Of a stretch of DNA of 64,000 bases, positions 18,505-27,342 are shown one piece after another. Positions within the stretch are counted from its first letter, which is position 1; every line of letters begins with the position of its first letter. The notes beneath the pieces were generated by a model. The model had not been told where the DNA came from. It searched no databases and saw only the letters and a program-made list of their open reading frames with translations. The stretch covers positions 471 through 64,470 of the forward strand of contig DATCTK010000022.1 in assembly GCA_036567985.1 (NCBI GenBank), given 5' to 3'. The DNA comes from Gammaproteobacteria bacterium (GTDB lineage Bacteria; Pseudomonadota; Gammaproteobacteria; SZUA-229). The position numbers were made by a program, and so were the translations under genes.

Positions 18505-18953
18505 TCACAGCGGTCACCACTAATATTAATAATGGTGTTGTTATATGCTTCTATGTGATTTGTGGGCCCGGTTGACGACAGGGCTGATATAATGACGTAA
18601 GCTACTAATGCACCGAAGCCGAAAGCGATTGCGGTTTTTAAGGTGGTACTGTTACTGGTTTGCTGTTTCATGACGCTTTAATTATACACATGAATTAAAT
18701 CGCTTTTACCTGTCTGCAATGCGGTTGCCAGGCGGATTTTGCTGAATGCACAAAACAGCCCCTAAAACGGCGCAAAAACCCCGACCCGCACCATTGGCCC
18801 ACGATTCGCTCAAACGCGTCTTAGAAATCGCTTTGCCCTATACCCAAAACAAGCAAAAAAAGTGACTTGAATGCTGTTAAAGGTGTGATTAGTGGATATT
18901 CCATTGCGAGCGGTTAAAACCTGATGTAACCTTGCAATTACACCACCACCCAG

Positions 18954-18986
18954 AAGAGGGGAGACAAAAGTCTCCCCTCTTTTTTT
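18954..18986 (+). terminator. Palindrome AGAGGGGAGAC-AAAA-GTCTCCCCTCT plus T7 (intrinsic terminator ending the repressor operon and/or late-promoter element)
   Basis: 11-bp stem, 4-nt loop, TTTTTTT tail. Stem core is identical to the 9023-9042 palindrome. Lies 9 bp upstream of the protease ATG. Confidence 0.6.
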
Positions 18987-18994
18987 ATGCCTGC

Positions 18995-20173
18995 ATGGCA
19001 CACACTCTCGCCATGCCAAATTCAAACACACACATCGACTTCAAAGGTTTCGGCGACTGGATAGAACTGTTTCGCGCAGGCGAACAAACCTCCAGCGACG
19101 GCACTACCCGCAATTTCACCCAGGCAGATCTCGATCAGATGGTGGCCAACCATACCCCGGCCCCCATGGTTGTGGGGCATCCTAAGGTAGATGCACCAGC
19201 CTATGGCTGGTCACAGGCACTCAAGCGTGATGGTGACACTTTACTGGGTAAGTTTAGCGATGTAGACGATGCCTTCAGTGAAATGGTGGAGAAGAAGCGA
19301 TTCCCGAACCGTTCTATTCGTATTGGCAAAAACGATAACGGCTGGTACCTGAAGCACGTTGGCTGGCTTGGCGCGGCTGCGCCTGCCGTGGAAGGTCTGA
19401 AGCCGGTGCAGTTTAACAATGCCGACGATGAAGCATACGACTTTGTAAGCGATGCCTACACCACCAGCAGCATTGTGCGCACGTTCCGACGCCTGCGTGA
19501 TTTCATTGTTGACAAATTCGACCTGGAAACAGCCGACCAGGTAATTCCCGATTACACCCTCGAAAGCCTGGAACAAATTGCAGCCGATCAGCGCAGCGAA
19601 CCAGATGATTCCCACTTTAATCAACCCAACAACGGAGACACAGCCGTGCCGAAAGAATATACCGATGAGCAGATTGAACAAATCCGCAAAGACGCAGCGG
19701 ACGAAGCGACCGCCCAGTTCAGCAGTGAAAACGACACACTGAAAAAACAGCTGGCCGATGCCAACAGCGCCAAAACAGCGATTGAGTTCCAGGCATTTGC
19801 TGATGATCTGCAAGATGCAGGCAAGCTTACACCGGCTTTGGCTACTGGCTTTGTTGAGTTTATGCAGGCACTGGCCGCTGCACCCGTAGAGCTGGAATTC
19901 AGCCAGGGCGAAGGTGATGCCAAAACCGCGATTAAAAAATCGCCCATCGACTGGTTCAAGGAATTTGCCCAGCAGCTGCCTAAGCAGGTGGATATGGGTG
20001 AGTCGGCTGCCGGTGGCAATGTCGACACAGTGGATGCCGCTGCGCAATTTAATGCACCAGCGGGTGCGGTGGTAGACCCTGAGCGCCTGGCACTGGATAA
20101 AAAGGCCCAGGAATACGCCCGTGTAAACAATGTTGATTACGTTGAAGCGGTGATAGCCGTCAGCAACGGTTAA
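18995..20173 (+). CDS. Head maturation protease / scaffold, Mu I-like
   Basis: About 392 aa from the Met after the hairpin (the track ORF start lies inside the hairpin). N-terminal protease-like region, C-terminal acidic/Ala-rich scaffold-like region. Upstream of the capsid gene. Confidence 0.65.
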   Translation: MAHTLAMPNSNTHIDFKGFGDWIELFRAGEQTSSDGTTRNFTQADLDQMVANHTPAPMVVGHPKVDAPAYGWSQALKRDGDTLLGKFSDVDDAFSEMVEKKRFPNRSIRIGKNDNGWYLKHVGWLGAAAPAVEGLKPVQFNNADDEAYDFVSDAYTTSSIVRTFRRLRDFIVDKFDLETADQVIPDYTLESLEQIAADQRSEPDDSHFNQPNNGDTAVPKEYTDEQIEQIRKDAADEATAQFSSENDTLKKQLADANSAKTAIEFQAFADDLQDAGKLTPALATGFVEFMQALAAAPVELEFSQGEGDAKTAIKKSPIDWFKEFAQQLPKQVDMGESAAGGNVDTVDAAAQFNAPAGAVVDPERLALDKKAQEYARVNNVDYVEAVIAVSNG

Positions 20174-20232
20174 TTGCCAGGGTTAATCGAAACGGTTAAT
20201 TCAATCACTCATATATATAGAAGGTAAACGCT

Positions 20233-20574
20233 ATGCCATCCACTAAAAACCCCATTCTTATTTTATCTATTACTGCAGCGGCACTGCTGCTTGAGCACCG
20301 CGCCGTTGGCCAGGACGGCAACTACGCCGCAGCAGGTGAAAAGATGTTCGGCATTGGTACGGAAGACGTAAACGCCATTGGTGATGAACTGCCGGTGGAC
20401 ACCCTGGGCACCAGTATTGCAACCGCCGGTGCGGCGGTGCTGAAAGATGCTGACCTGGAAGTGGGTGCCGACGGCAAGCTGGTAACAGCCGCGGCTGGTG
20501 TTGTGGTGGCGAAAGCCATGCAGGCTGCCGGTGCAGACGGCGACGAATTCGAAGTGTTCCTGCTGCCCAAGTAG
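20233..20574 (+). CDS. Small Gly/Ala-rich head protein (DUF2190-like, possible decoration protein)
   Basis: 113 aa between protease/scaffold and major capsid; composition and position typical of DUF2190. Confidence 0.45.
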   Translation: MPSTKNPILILSITAAALLLEHRAVGQDGNYAAAGEKMFGIGTEDVNAIGDELPVDTLGTSIATAGAAVLKDADLEVGADGKLVTAAAGVVVAKAMQAAGADGDEFEVFLLPK

Positions 20575-20643
20575 TCCACTTTCAAACTTAATTTAAACGC
20601 AGATTGATACGGCATTAAACGCATTTTCAGGAGACTTTAAACC

Positions 20644-21576
20644 ATGCCAAATAACGCACAAAACCAGGTGATTGACCCTATTCTTTCAAAAGTGGCACTG
20701 GGCTATCGTCACCCAGAACATGTGGGCAGTACGCTGTTCCCTGTTGTGCCGGTTAATTCCAGTGGCGGCAAGATCATTCAGTTTGATAAAAGCTCTTTCC
20801 GTCTGTTCAACACCAAGCGTGCGCCGGGTGCTAAAGCCAAGCGTGCATCATTCGGCCACGAAGGTGCCCCCTATGCACTGGAAAACCACGCACTGGATGC
20901 GGTGGTGCCCCGTGAGCGCATGCGTGACGCCAGTGTAGTGCCAGGCATTAATCTCGCCACTCGCGCAGTTAACCTGGTGCTGAAGTCCAGCTCGCTGGTG
21001 CTGGAAAACGCGCAGGCCAGCATTGCAACCAACCTGGCCAACTACGGTGCCAATAACCAGGTGACACTGGCAGGTACAGACCAGTGGAATGACTACGCTA
21101 ACTCCACACCTTTTCAGGATGTTGAAGAAGGCAAAGAAGCTGTTCGCAGCCGCATAGGTGTTTACCCTAACACGATGGAAATCTCGGCCAAGGTATACAA
21201 ACACCTTAAGCAGCACCCAGCCGTGATCGATCGTACCAAGTACACCAGCTCTGAATCAATCACCCCTGAGATTCTGGCGGGTCTGTTCGATGTAGAGAAA
21301 GTAGTCATCGGTAAAGCCATTGCGTTTGCAGATGACGACACCACCATCGATATCTGGGGCCGTGACGTGGTGCTGACCTACTCACCCCAAAACGCCACCG
21401 GTGCGGAAGAACCCAGCTTCGGTTACACCTACCAGATGGAGGGCCACCCCATGGTTGAAGTGCCCTACTGGGATCAGGATGCACGTAGCTGGGTGTATGG
21501 CATGACCCACGAACGCGATGCTGTACTCACCGGTATGGACGCAGGCTTCATTATCAAGAACGCCGTAGCCGCATAA
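20644..21576 (+). CDS. Major capsid protein (Mu T-like)
   Basis: 310 aa, follows protease/scaffold. Good RBS GGAGACTTTAAACCATG. Confidence 0.75.
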   Translation: MPNNAQNQVIDPILSKVALGYRHPEHVGSTLFPVVPVNSSGGKIIQFDKSSFRLFNTKRAPGAKAKRASFGHEGAPYALENHALDAVVPRERMRDASVVPGINLATRAVNLVLKSSSLVLENAQASIATNLANYGANNQVTLAGTDQWNDYANSTPFQDVEEGKEAVRSRIGVYPNTMEISAKVYKHLKQHPAVIDRTKYTSSESITPEILAGLFDVEKVVIGKAIAFADDDTTIDIWGRDVVLTYSPQNATGAEEPSFGYTYQMEGHPMVEVPYWDQDARSWVYGMTHERDAVLTGMDAGFIIKNAVAA

Positions 21577-21647
21577 CACATAACCACGACGACGGGTAAG
21601 GACAACTCAGCCAGGGACGGCTCAACCGGAACTAAAGGTTTAAAAAC

Positions 21648-22022
21648 ATGAGCAAAGAAACAGCAATTACCCTGTTTGCCGAACACCCAGTGAAGGTGGG
21701 TGGCAAGCGACGTTACCAGGAAGAGGTGGTGCTTAAGGATGAAGCCGTAGCACGCCAGCTGGTAACCGATGGCATCTGTAAGGATGTGAATGACCACTTT
21801 AACAAAGTTGCTTCTGATGAAGGTGTTGATGCGGGGGACGCACGCACTAATGCCCTCATTGAGGCTATTAACGGCCTCAGCCCAGATGACAATGCAGCAT
21901 GGGAAAAAGATGGAAGGCCTGCATTGAAGAAACTGACCAAGGCGCTTGATTCCCCAGTGAGCAAGGAAGAACGTGATGCAGCCTGGTTAAAGGTTCAGGA
22001 GATGAGCAATGGCCCAGAATAG
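21648..22022 (+). CDS. Hypothetical head-module protein
   Basis: 124 aa, RBS AAAGG upstream; Lys/Glu-rich. Confidence 0.45.
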   Translation: MSKETAITLFAEHPVKVGGKRRYQEEVVLKDEAVARQLVTDGICKDVNDHFNKVASDEGVDAGDARTNALIEAINGLSPDDNAAWEKDGRPALKKLTKALDSPVSKEERDAAWLKVQEMSNGPE

Positions 22023-22215
22023 CAATAATCAGAACCAGGTAAAGCAACCAACAGGCCGTGTGCTGTCTTACTTCCGCCCTACTGAAACATTCGAGTGTGA
22101 GGAAAATGGCAGCGTGTACGTTAAAGGCCAGCGTTACCAGGTGCGTGAAGGCAACGAGCAGTTGCAGCAGCTGGTGGCTGACTGGGAAGAGCTGGGCAAA
22201 GTAGAGCGGGGTTAA
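22009..22215 (+). CDS. Hypothetical small protein
   Basis: 68-aa ORF overlapping the previous stop; no recognisable motifs. Confidence 0.35.
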   Translation: MAQNSNNQNQVKQPTGRVLSYFRPTETFECEENGSVYVKGQRYQVREGNEQLQQLVADWEELGKVERG

Positions 22216-22222
22216 TCACATT

Positions 22223-22606
22223 ATGTCTATTACACATGTAGCAGCAGTACGTAATGCACTGGCCGATGCAGTGGTTGATCTGATTGATGCAGGCGCAGCC
22301 GATGCCAATGGTGACCTGGTGTTGATGGCAGCCGGTGATGTGACAGTTGCCACACTGGCATTTGCCAACCCAGCGTATGGTGCATCGGCTAACGGCACTG
22401 CAAGTAGCAATGCCATTTCAGATGATACCAACGCAGTGGGCGGCACATTGGCTTTGTTCAAGGTGCAGGACCGCGACAACGGTGAAGTGTTTCGTGGCAC
22501 CATTACCGGTATTGGTGGCGGTGGTGACATTGAAGCCAGCAACACCATCGTTGGTGCAGGTGATACTGTTCAATGCACTGGTCTTGATTACTCTGCGTCT
22601 GCCTAA
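22223..22606 (+). CDS. Hypothetical Gly/Ala-rich head-module protein
   Basis: 127-aa ORF in the head module; its stop overlaps the next start. Confidence 0.4.
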   Translation: MSITHVAAVRNALADAVVDLIDAGAADANGDLVLMAAGDVTVATLAFANPAYGASANGTASSNAISDDTNAVGGTLALFKVQDRDNGEVFRGTITGIGGGGDIEASNTIVGAGDTVQCTGLDYSASA

Positions 22607-24228
22607 TGCCACAGCTGAGCAACTTAACGATTACCGGTTCACTGATAGCCGGGTATGTGGTTACCGTTACAACAAATGTTGCAATGGGAACCGCCTACCT
22701 GGTTGCTGTTCCAGCGGGTGAGCAAGCCCCGAGTAAAGTTCAAATTGCTGCCGGGCAGAATTACCAGGGTAATGCTGCGGTTGCACAACAAACGACAGTT
22801 GAATCAACGAATATTACATTCCCTGCCATTACGGGCTTGAGTTCAAACACATCATACGATGTGCATTGCATACACGATGCATCACCGGTGATATCTGGTT
22901 TGATTGAGGGCATGGATAGCACACCAATGCCCAGTGGTATACCAAGGCCTGCCAAAGGTACGGTGTTTACTGATCCGACCTACGGTACAGAAATACACCG
23001 CATAACAGATCATGTGAATGATTTAACAGGTACCTTACCAGCCTGGGTAAGAAGCGAATACTCACGCTGGAACCCACTGAATGCGGATGAATCCATGTTT
23101 ATGTTCCTGGCTACTGATGGCTGGATTCATATTTATGATGCAAATACATATCAGTGGATTAGGAAATTCACACCTACCGGTGAACAAACCGAAACACTAT
23201 GGCACAAAACTGACCCGAATCTGATTTATCGGCTACCCCCGAACGGCGGCCTCGTTATGTACACACACAATGTACTAACCGATGAATTAATAACTATTGC
23301 CGACTTTGCTAATGTCGCTGCCATTGAAGGTGACCCACTATTAACTGATATTCGTCAGGTACCCGGCTTTGAGAATGCAGCTCGCTGCAGAACGAAGGCT
23401 GAGGGTCGGCCAAGCATGGATGGACGCTACTGGGCATTTATGGTTGACGCTGCAGACTTTTCCGGGCTGGGGCTGATGGTATACGATCTGGTGGCAAATG
23501 AGATAACTGGCACCTATGTCTTTGCAACCGATGGTGGTGGTATTGGCCAGCCAGATCATTGCAGCATGTCACCGTCCGGTGAGTACATTGTGGCGTCCTG
23601 GTATTACCCACAAGATTGTTCAACCAGAACAGGCTTTCAGTTTTATGAGCCAGGAGGTCGAGGCGGCCTGAATAACCCGTGTGGCGCATATGCATTTAGT
23701 CGAGACTTTACTGTAGGTATCGCACTGTCTGAAATTGGCGAGCACTCTGATATGGTGATTGATGCTGCTGGCTACGACTGGTTTGTGTTTATCGACTTTC
23801 AGCAGCATTCAGTTCAGTACGATGACAATATGGTGCGATCAGTTCGGATAACGCCTGATGCACAGGGCAATCAGATTTACCACAACCTGGTGAATTTCAA
23901 ATCGACCGTAAACGGAACTGCAATGCACTTCTCAGGTGCATCGTTTAATAAACCTGGCTGGGTATTAATGTCGGATTATGGCAGCAGTGCTGGCTGGTAT
24001 AACAACAGTATGTGGGCCATGCAGGTGGATGTTCCTAACCCAGCCGTTTATAAGCTGGCACATACTCAGTGGGCACCTGGCCTTGGTTATTTTGGTGAGC
24101 CACATGCAGCAGTAAATCAAGATTTTTCCCGAATTATCTGGAACACCACCTGGCGCAGTGACCAAATAACTGATCTTGAAGTGTTTGAGATTAAGATAAA
24201 CCCGGCAGATTTGGTGGGTAATCTGTAA
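22606..24228 (+). CDS. Large virion-associated protein: N-terminal FN3-like domain plus probable beta-propeller (oligogalacturonate-lyase/TolB-like) domain
   Basis: 540 aa. FN3-like N-terminus (TSYDVHC). GTVFTDPTYGTEIHRITDH start, typical of 7-bladed propellers. Embedded in the head-gene cluster. Confidence 0.5.
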   Translation: MPQLSNLTITGSLIAGYVVTVTTNVAMGTAYLVAVPAGEQAPSKVQIAAGQNYQGNAAVAQQTTVESTNITFPAITGLSSNTSYDVHCIHDASPVISGLIEGMDSTPMPSGIPRPAKGTVFTDPTYGTEIHRITDHVNDLTGTLPAWVRSEYSRWNPLNADESMFMFLATDGWIHIYDANTYQWIRKFTPTGEQTETLWHKTDPNLIYRLPPNGGLVMYTHNVLTDELITIADFANVAAIEGDPLLTDIRQVPGFENAARCRTKAEGRPSMDGRYWAFMVDAADFSGLGLMVYDLVANEITGTYVFATDGGGIGQPDHCSMSPSGEYIVASWYYPQDCSTRTGFQFYEPGGRGGLNNPCGAYAFSRDFTVGIALSEIGEHSDMVIDAAGYDWFVFIDFQQHSVQYDDNMVRSVRITPDAQGNQIYHNLVNFKSTVNGTAMHFSGASFNKPGWVLMSDYGSSAGWYNNSMWAMQVDVPNPAVYKLAHTQWAPGLGYFGEPHAAVNQDFSRIIWNTTWRSDQITDLEVFEIKINPADLVGNL

Positions 24229-26123
24229 TGGCGGAAATAATTCGATACGTAGATCCGGATGCCCAGGGTGCAAATAACGGACTCACACCAGCTGATGCAT
24301 ACACATCGCTCAATGCATGGAATGCGGCGGAGGCGACAGATCTGGTAGCAGCTGGTGATACACATCTATGTATTTGTTCAGCGTCTGCTGGAACAATCAG
24401 TACCGGACAGTTCGCTATTAATGGCTGGACCACCAGTGAAACCAACTTTATTACAATACGCGGGAACCTTTCAACCGGTATCGAAACTGAAGCGAACGTG
24501 TTCCAGCTGCTGGCGACTACTGATTATGACACCACGCTGGATGTGACTGCGAATCATGTCATTTTTGAGGATTTGATACTCGGTAATCAGTCTGTTGGTT
24601 CAGGCTACAATAATGTGCTGTCACTCGCACCGACTGGCCTCAGCCAGTACATAGTACGTAAATCAATCATACATAAAGAGTCAGACGATTCCCTGGCGGG
24701 TGCTGCACGTGGGCTGGGTATTGTGCTGGGTGCTAATACTGGCCTTGTTGTGATTGAGAACAGTATCATCCACGGCAATTTCAATCACATGATACAGGCC
24801 GCATATCCAAACAATATGAACCTGCGCCTATATAACTCCGTGCTACGAGGACGTGCGGTTCGTGCTTTGAGCATGGAAGGCACTATTACTTCCGAAGTTA
24901 AAAACAATATTTTCGAAGCAGATGTCGGTGGGTTTTCAGAGTTTGTGGAAAATTACCGTGCCTTATATGGTACACATACTGAAGATTATAATATTGCTTC
25001 TGACGCGTCACTGACCGGCGTAAACAGCATAAACAATACAGCGCTTGTCTATGCAGATGCTGCAAACCACGACTACAGCTTAAATGCCTCGGATACCGTT
25101 GCAATTGGTTCAGGTACCGGGCCTGCGGCTGATGCAAATGTACCGATAACTGATATTGTTGGTGCTACGCGTTCTGGTAGCACAACTGATATTGGTAGCA
25201 AGATTTACGATGGACCAATGACATCGGTAATAACCGGTTTGCTGCAGGCTGATTCAGCTGTTGTCACTAGTGCGATTGTTATAGATTCAAACATTGATGT
25301 GACAGTAAGCGGCAGCATACAAGCAGAGGCAGCCGCCGTATCAGGCATACTATCGAACGATCCGGTTTCTGAAATAGTCACTGACACCATCACCACGGCT
25401 GCTGGTGTCGGTGGCAGTATCCAGGCACAGGATGCTGTTATTAGTGGCTCACTGAGCGTTACATCATCTGCTGTCAATTCAACTGTGAGTGGTTCTGTAC
25501 AGGCCGTTCCTGCAAGTGTTGACGCTACCCTGTTAGTAGTCCCACCTCAAACGGCGGTGATCAGTGGAGGTGTGCAGGCACAGCCAGCAACTCTGTCCGG
25601 TTCATTACTGGCATTTATTCCATACCGATTCAAGTACACAACGGCTGCAAAACTATTCAGTGCTTTTGGCAAAACCGAAATGGCCTTAATCACATCGCCT
25701 GAGCACGCCACGGTCAGCGGTGATCTGTTTTACGCGGTGATGATGAATAACGATGTATCTGCCTGGTCACTTCAGCAAATTGCAGATGCCAATGATGCTG
25801 CAAGTCGTCTCGCTGATACTATTCAATCGGCAGAACATCTGATCGACTCTTACATCAGCCCGCGTTATGCCTTGCCATTGTCACAGGAACTCGTTGACAC
25901 AAGCCCGCTACCTACCTACTGCAATCACATTGTGCGCTTTATGCTAATGGACGATCGCACCACCGATGAAGTGGACAAGCGATACGACCAGGCAATGAAA
26001 TGGCTGCGTGATGTAAGCATGAACAAAGCCAGCCTGGGTGCGGACGACACCGCCGTGGCCAGTTCACCTGGGCGTATGGTGAGCCGTCGTGGCCGCAGCA
26101 AACTCAACTGGGATGGTTTCTAA
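24228..26123 (+). CDS. Fusion protein: right-handed beta-helix (pectate-lyase/NosD-like) domain plus Ser/Val-rich repeats plus C-terminal Mu gp36-like (DUF1320) head-completion domain
   Basis: 631 aa. Beta-helix repeats (GNQSVGSGYNNVLSL; IENSIIHGNFNH). Six repeats of ...VSGSIQA.... C-terminus IDSYISPRYALPLSQELVDTSPLPTYCNHIVRFMLMDDRTTDEVDKRYDQAMKWLRDV matches the gp36/DUF1320 signature. Confidence 0.6.
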   Translation: MAEIIRYVDPDAQGANNGLTPADAYTSLNAWNAAEATDLVAAGDTHLCICSASAGTISTGQFAINGWTTSETNFITIRGNLSTGIETEANVFQLLATTDYDTTLDVTANHVIFEDLILGNQSVGSGYNNVLSLAPTGLSQYIVRKSIIHKESDDSLAGAARGLGIVLGANTGLVVIENSIIHGNFNHMIQAAYPNNMNLRLYNSVLRGRAVRALSMEGTITSEVKNNIFEADVGGFSEFVENYRALYGTHTEDYNIASDASLTGVNSINNTALVYADAANHDYSLNASDTVAIGSGTGPAADANVPITDIVGATRSGSTTDIGSKIYDGPMTSVITGLLQADSAVVTSAIVIDSNIDVTVSGSIQAEAAAVSGILSNDPVSEIVTDTITTAAGVGGSIQAQDAVISGSLSVTSSAVNSTVSGSVQAVPASVDATLLVVPPQTAVISGGVQAQPATLSGSLLAFIPYRFKYTTAAKLFSAFGKTEMALITSPEHATVSGDLFYAVMMNNDVSAWSLQQIADANDAASRLADTIQSAEHLIDSYISPRYALPLSQELVDTSPLPTYCNHIVRFMLMDDRTTDEVDKRYDQAMKWLRDVSMNKASLGADDTAVASSPGRMVSRRGRSKLNWDGF

Positions 26124-26566
26124 TGGCTGGCGTAAGGCTTGATTACAGGTTTGATGACAAACAGGTGCTTAATGCGCTGAAGCGTATGGAAGATTTCAAT
26201 GCGCGGCCCATGTTCGATGAGATTGGTGGCTATCTGGATTCATCTGTAACCCAGCGTTTTAAGGAAGGTGTTGGCCCAGATGGCATTGCCTGGGAAGAAA
26301 GTGAGCGGGCAAAAAATGAAGGCGGTAAAACCCTGGTTGATTTTGGTCACCTGCGAGATTCTGTTACATCTTTTATTTATCTTGATGGCAGTGGCCTGGA
26401 GCATGGTAGCGACATGGTGTATGCCGCGATTCATCAGTTTGGTGGCAAGACCGGTCGCAATAAATCGGTTGAATTAGTGGCGCGTCCTTTCATTGGTATT
26501 AACGGTGATGATGAAGATGAGATAAATAGCATTGCCCGCGACTTTGTACAGCAGGTGATGCCGTAA
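26123..26566 (+). CDS. Virion morphogenesis / tail completion protein (Mu G, P2 gpS family)
   Basis: 147 aa. TQRFKEGVGPDGIAWEE motif typical of the family. Confidence 0.7.
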   Translation: MAGVRLDYRFDDKQVLNALKRMEDFNARPMFDEIGGYLDSSVTQRFKEGVGPDGIAWEESERAKNEGGKTLVDFGHLRDSVTSFIYLDGSGLEHGSDMVYAAIHQFGGKTGRNKSVELVARPFIGINGDDEDEINSIARDFVQQVMP

Positions 26567-27108
26567 TGATCACAACTGTTGAGAATTATTTAATCGAAAA
26601 AATCACTGAGCTTTTCAGCGGCCGCCTACGCCTTGTTGATTCATTGCCAGGTCAACTGGACCAGGCACTGATAAAAGCCATGGCCGTAAATACACCGGCT
26701 GTATATGTCACCTTTCTGGGTGGTCGCTCGAATAACAGTGCTTGGGTAGCTAACTGGGGGCTGTATGTGTCAACCGGGCTGGGTGACCACAAGCTGCGCC
26801 GCCAGGGCGATGCACGCATTATTGGTGCCTATGAAATTATCAATCTACTCATCAGCTACTTCGATGATCACACGGTACCAGAGGTTGGGTCATTCAGCTT
26901 CGAGCGTGTTCAAAACCTGTTTAATCTGAAACTCGACAGCAATGGCGTAAGTGTATACGGGATTACCCTGAATTTACCCATGCCGTTCGATGATGTATCT
27001 GAAGCGGACGGTGCACTGCAGAACTTCATTACCTACCGTGCTGAACATTCACTGGTGCCTGGTGATGATGAACCCACCGCAATTGATGAAATTACACTGG
27101 ATCAATGA
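26566..27108 (+). CDS. Mu gp37-like protein (DUF1834)
   Basis: 180 aa, position between G and sheath; family-typical size. Confidence 0.5.
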   Translation: MITTVENYLIEKITELFSGRLRLVDSLPGQLDQALIKAMAVNTPAVYVTFLGGRSNNSAWVANWGLYVSTGLGDHKLRRQGDARIIGAYEIINLLISYFDDHTVPEVGSFSFERVQNLFNLKLDSNGVSVYGITLNLPMPFDDVSEADGALQNFITYRAEHSLVPGDDEPTAIDEITLDQ

Positions 27109-27135
27109 TCTGAATGAACGAACCGGAGCAATGAA

Positions 27136-27339
27136 ATGAGCATGCTGAATGTTAAACCAAAGATGATTAATGGCGTTGCCTGCATTGTGCGCATGCCAGA
27201 GATGAACAACCAGGTGCTACCTGAGAAAGGTACGCACGTACCAGATAACAGCTACTGGCGTCGTCGCTTGCGTGATGGCGATATCGAGCGTGTGCCTGCT
27301 GCCAGGCCTGCAAAATCAAATACTCAAACGGAGAGCTAA
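27136..27339 (+). CDS. DUF2635-like small protein (Mu gp38-like)
   Basis: 67 aa. VPDNSYWRRRLRDGDIERV matches the DUF2635 core. Immediately upstream of the sheath gene. Confidence 0.6.
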   Translation: MSMLNVKPKMINGVACIVRMPEMNNQVLPEKGTHVPDNSYWRRRLRDGDIERVPAARPAKSNTQTES

Positions 27340-27342
27340 GCC

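Noticed and set aside
18536-18600. Possible sigma-70 promoter TTGACG...TATAAT on plus strand
   Set aside because: The spacer between the hexamers is only 10 bp (or 23 bp with the alternative -35), so it is not a credible promoter.
18932-18994. Protease ORF start at 18932
   Set aside because: These codons lie inside the strong hairpin/terminator; start moved to the first ATG after it (18995).
19241-20047. 268-aa and 169-aa minus-strand ORFs inside the protease/scaffold gene
   Set aside because: Antisense to a gene with good phage synteny. Low-complexity Ala/Gly/Ser translations typical of antisense frames.
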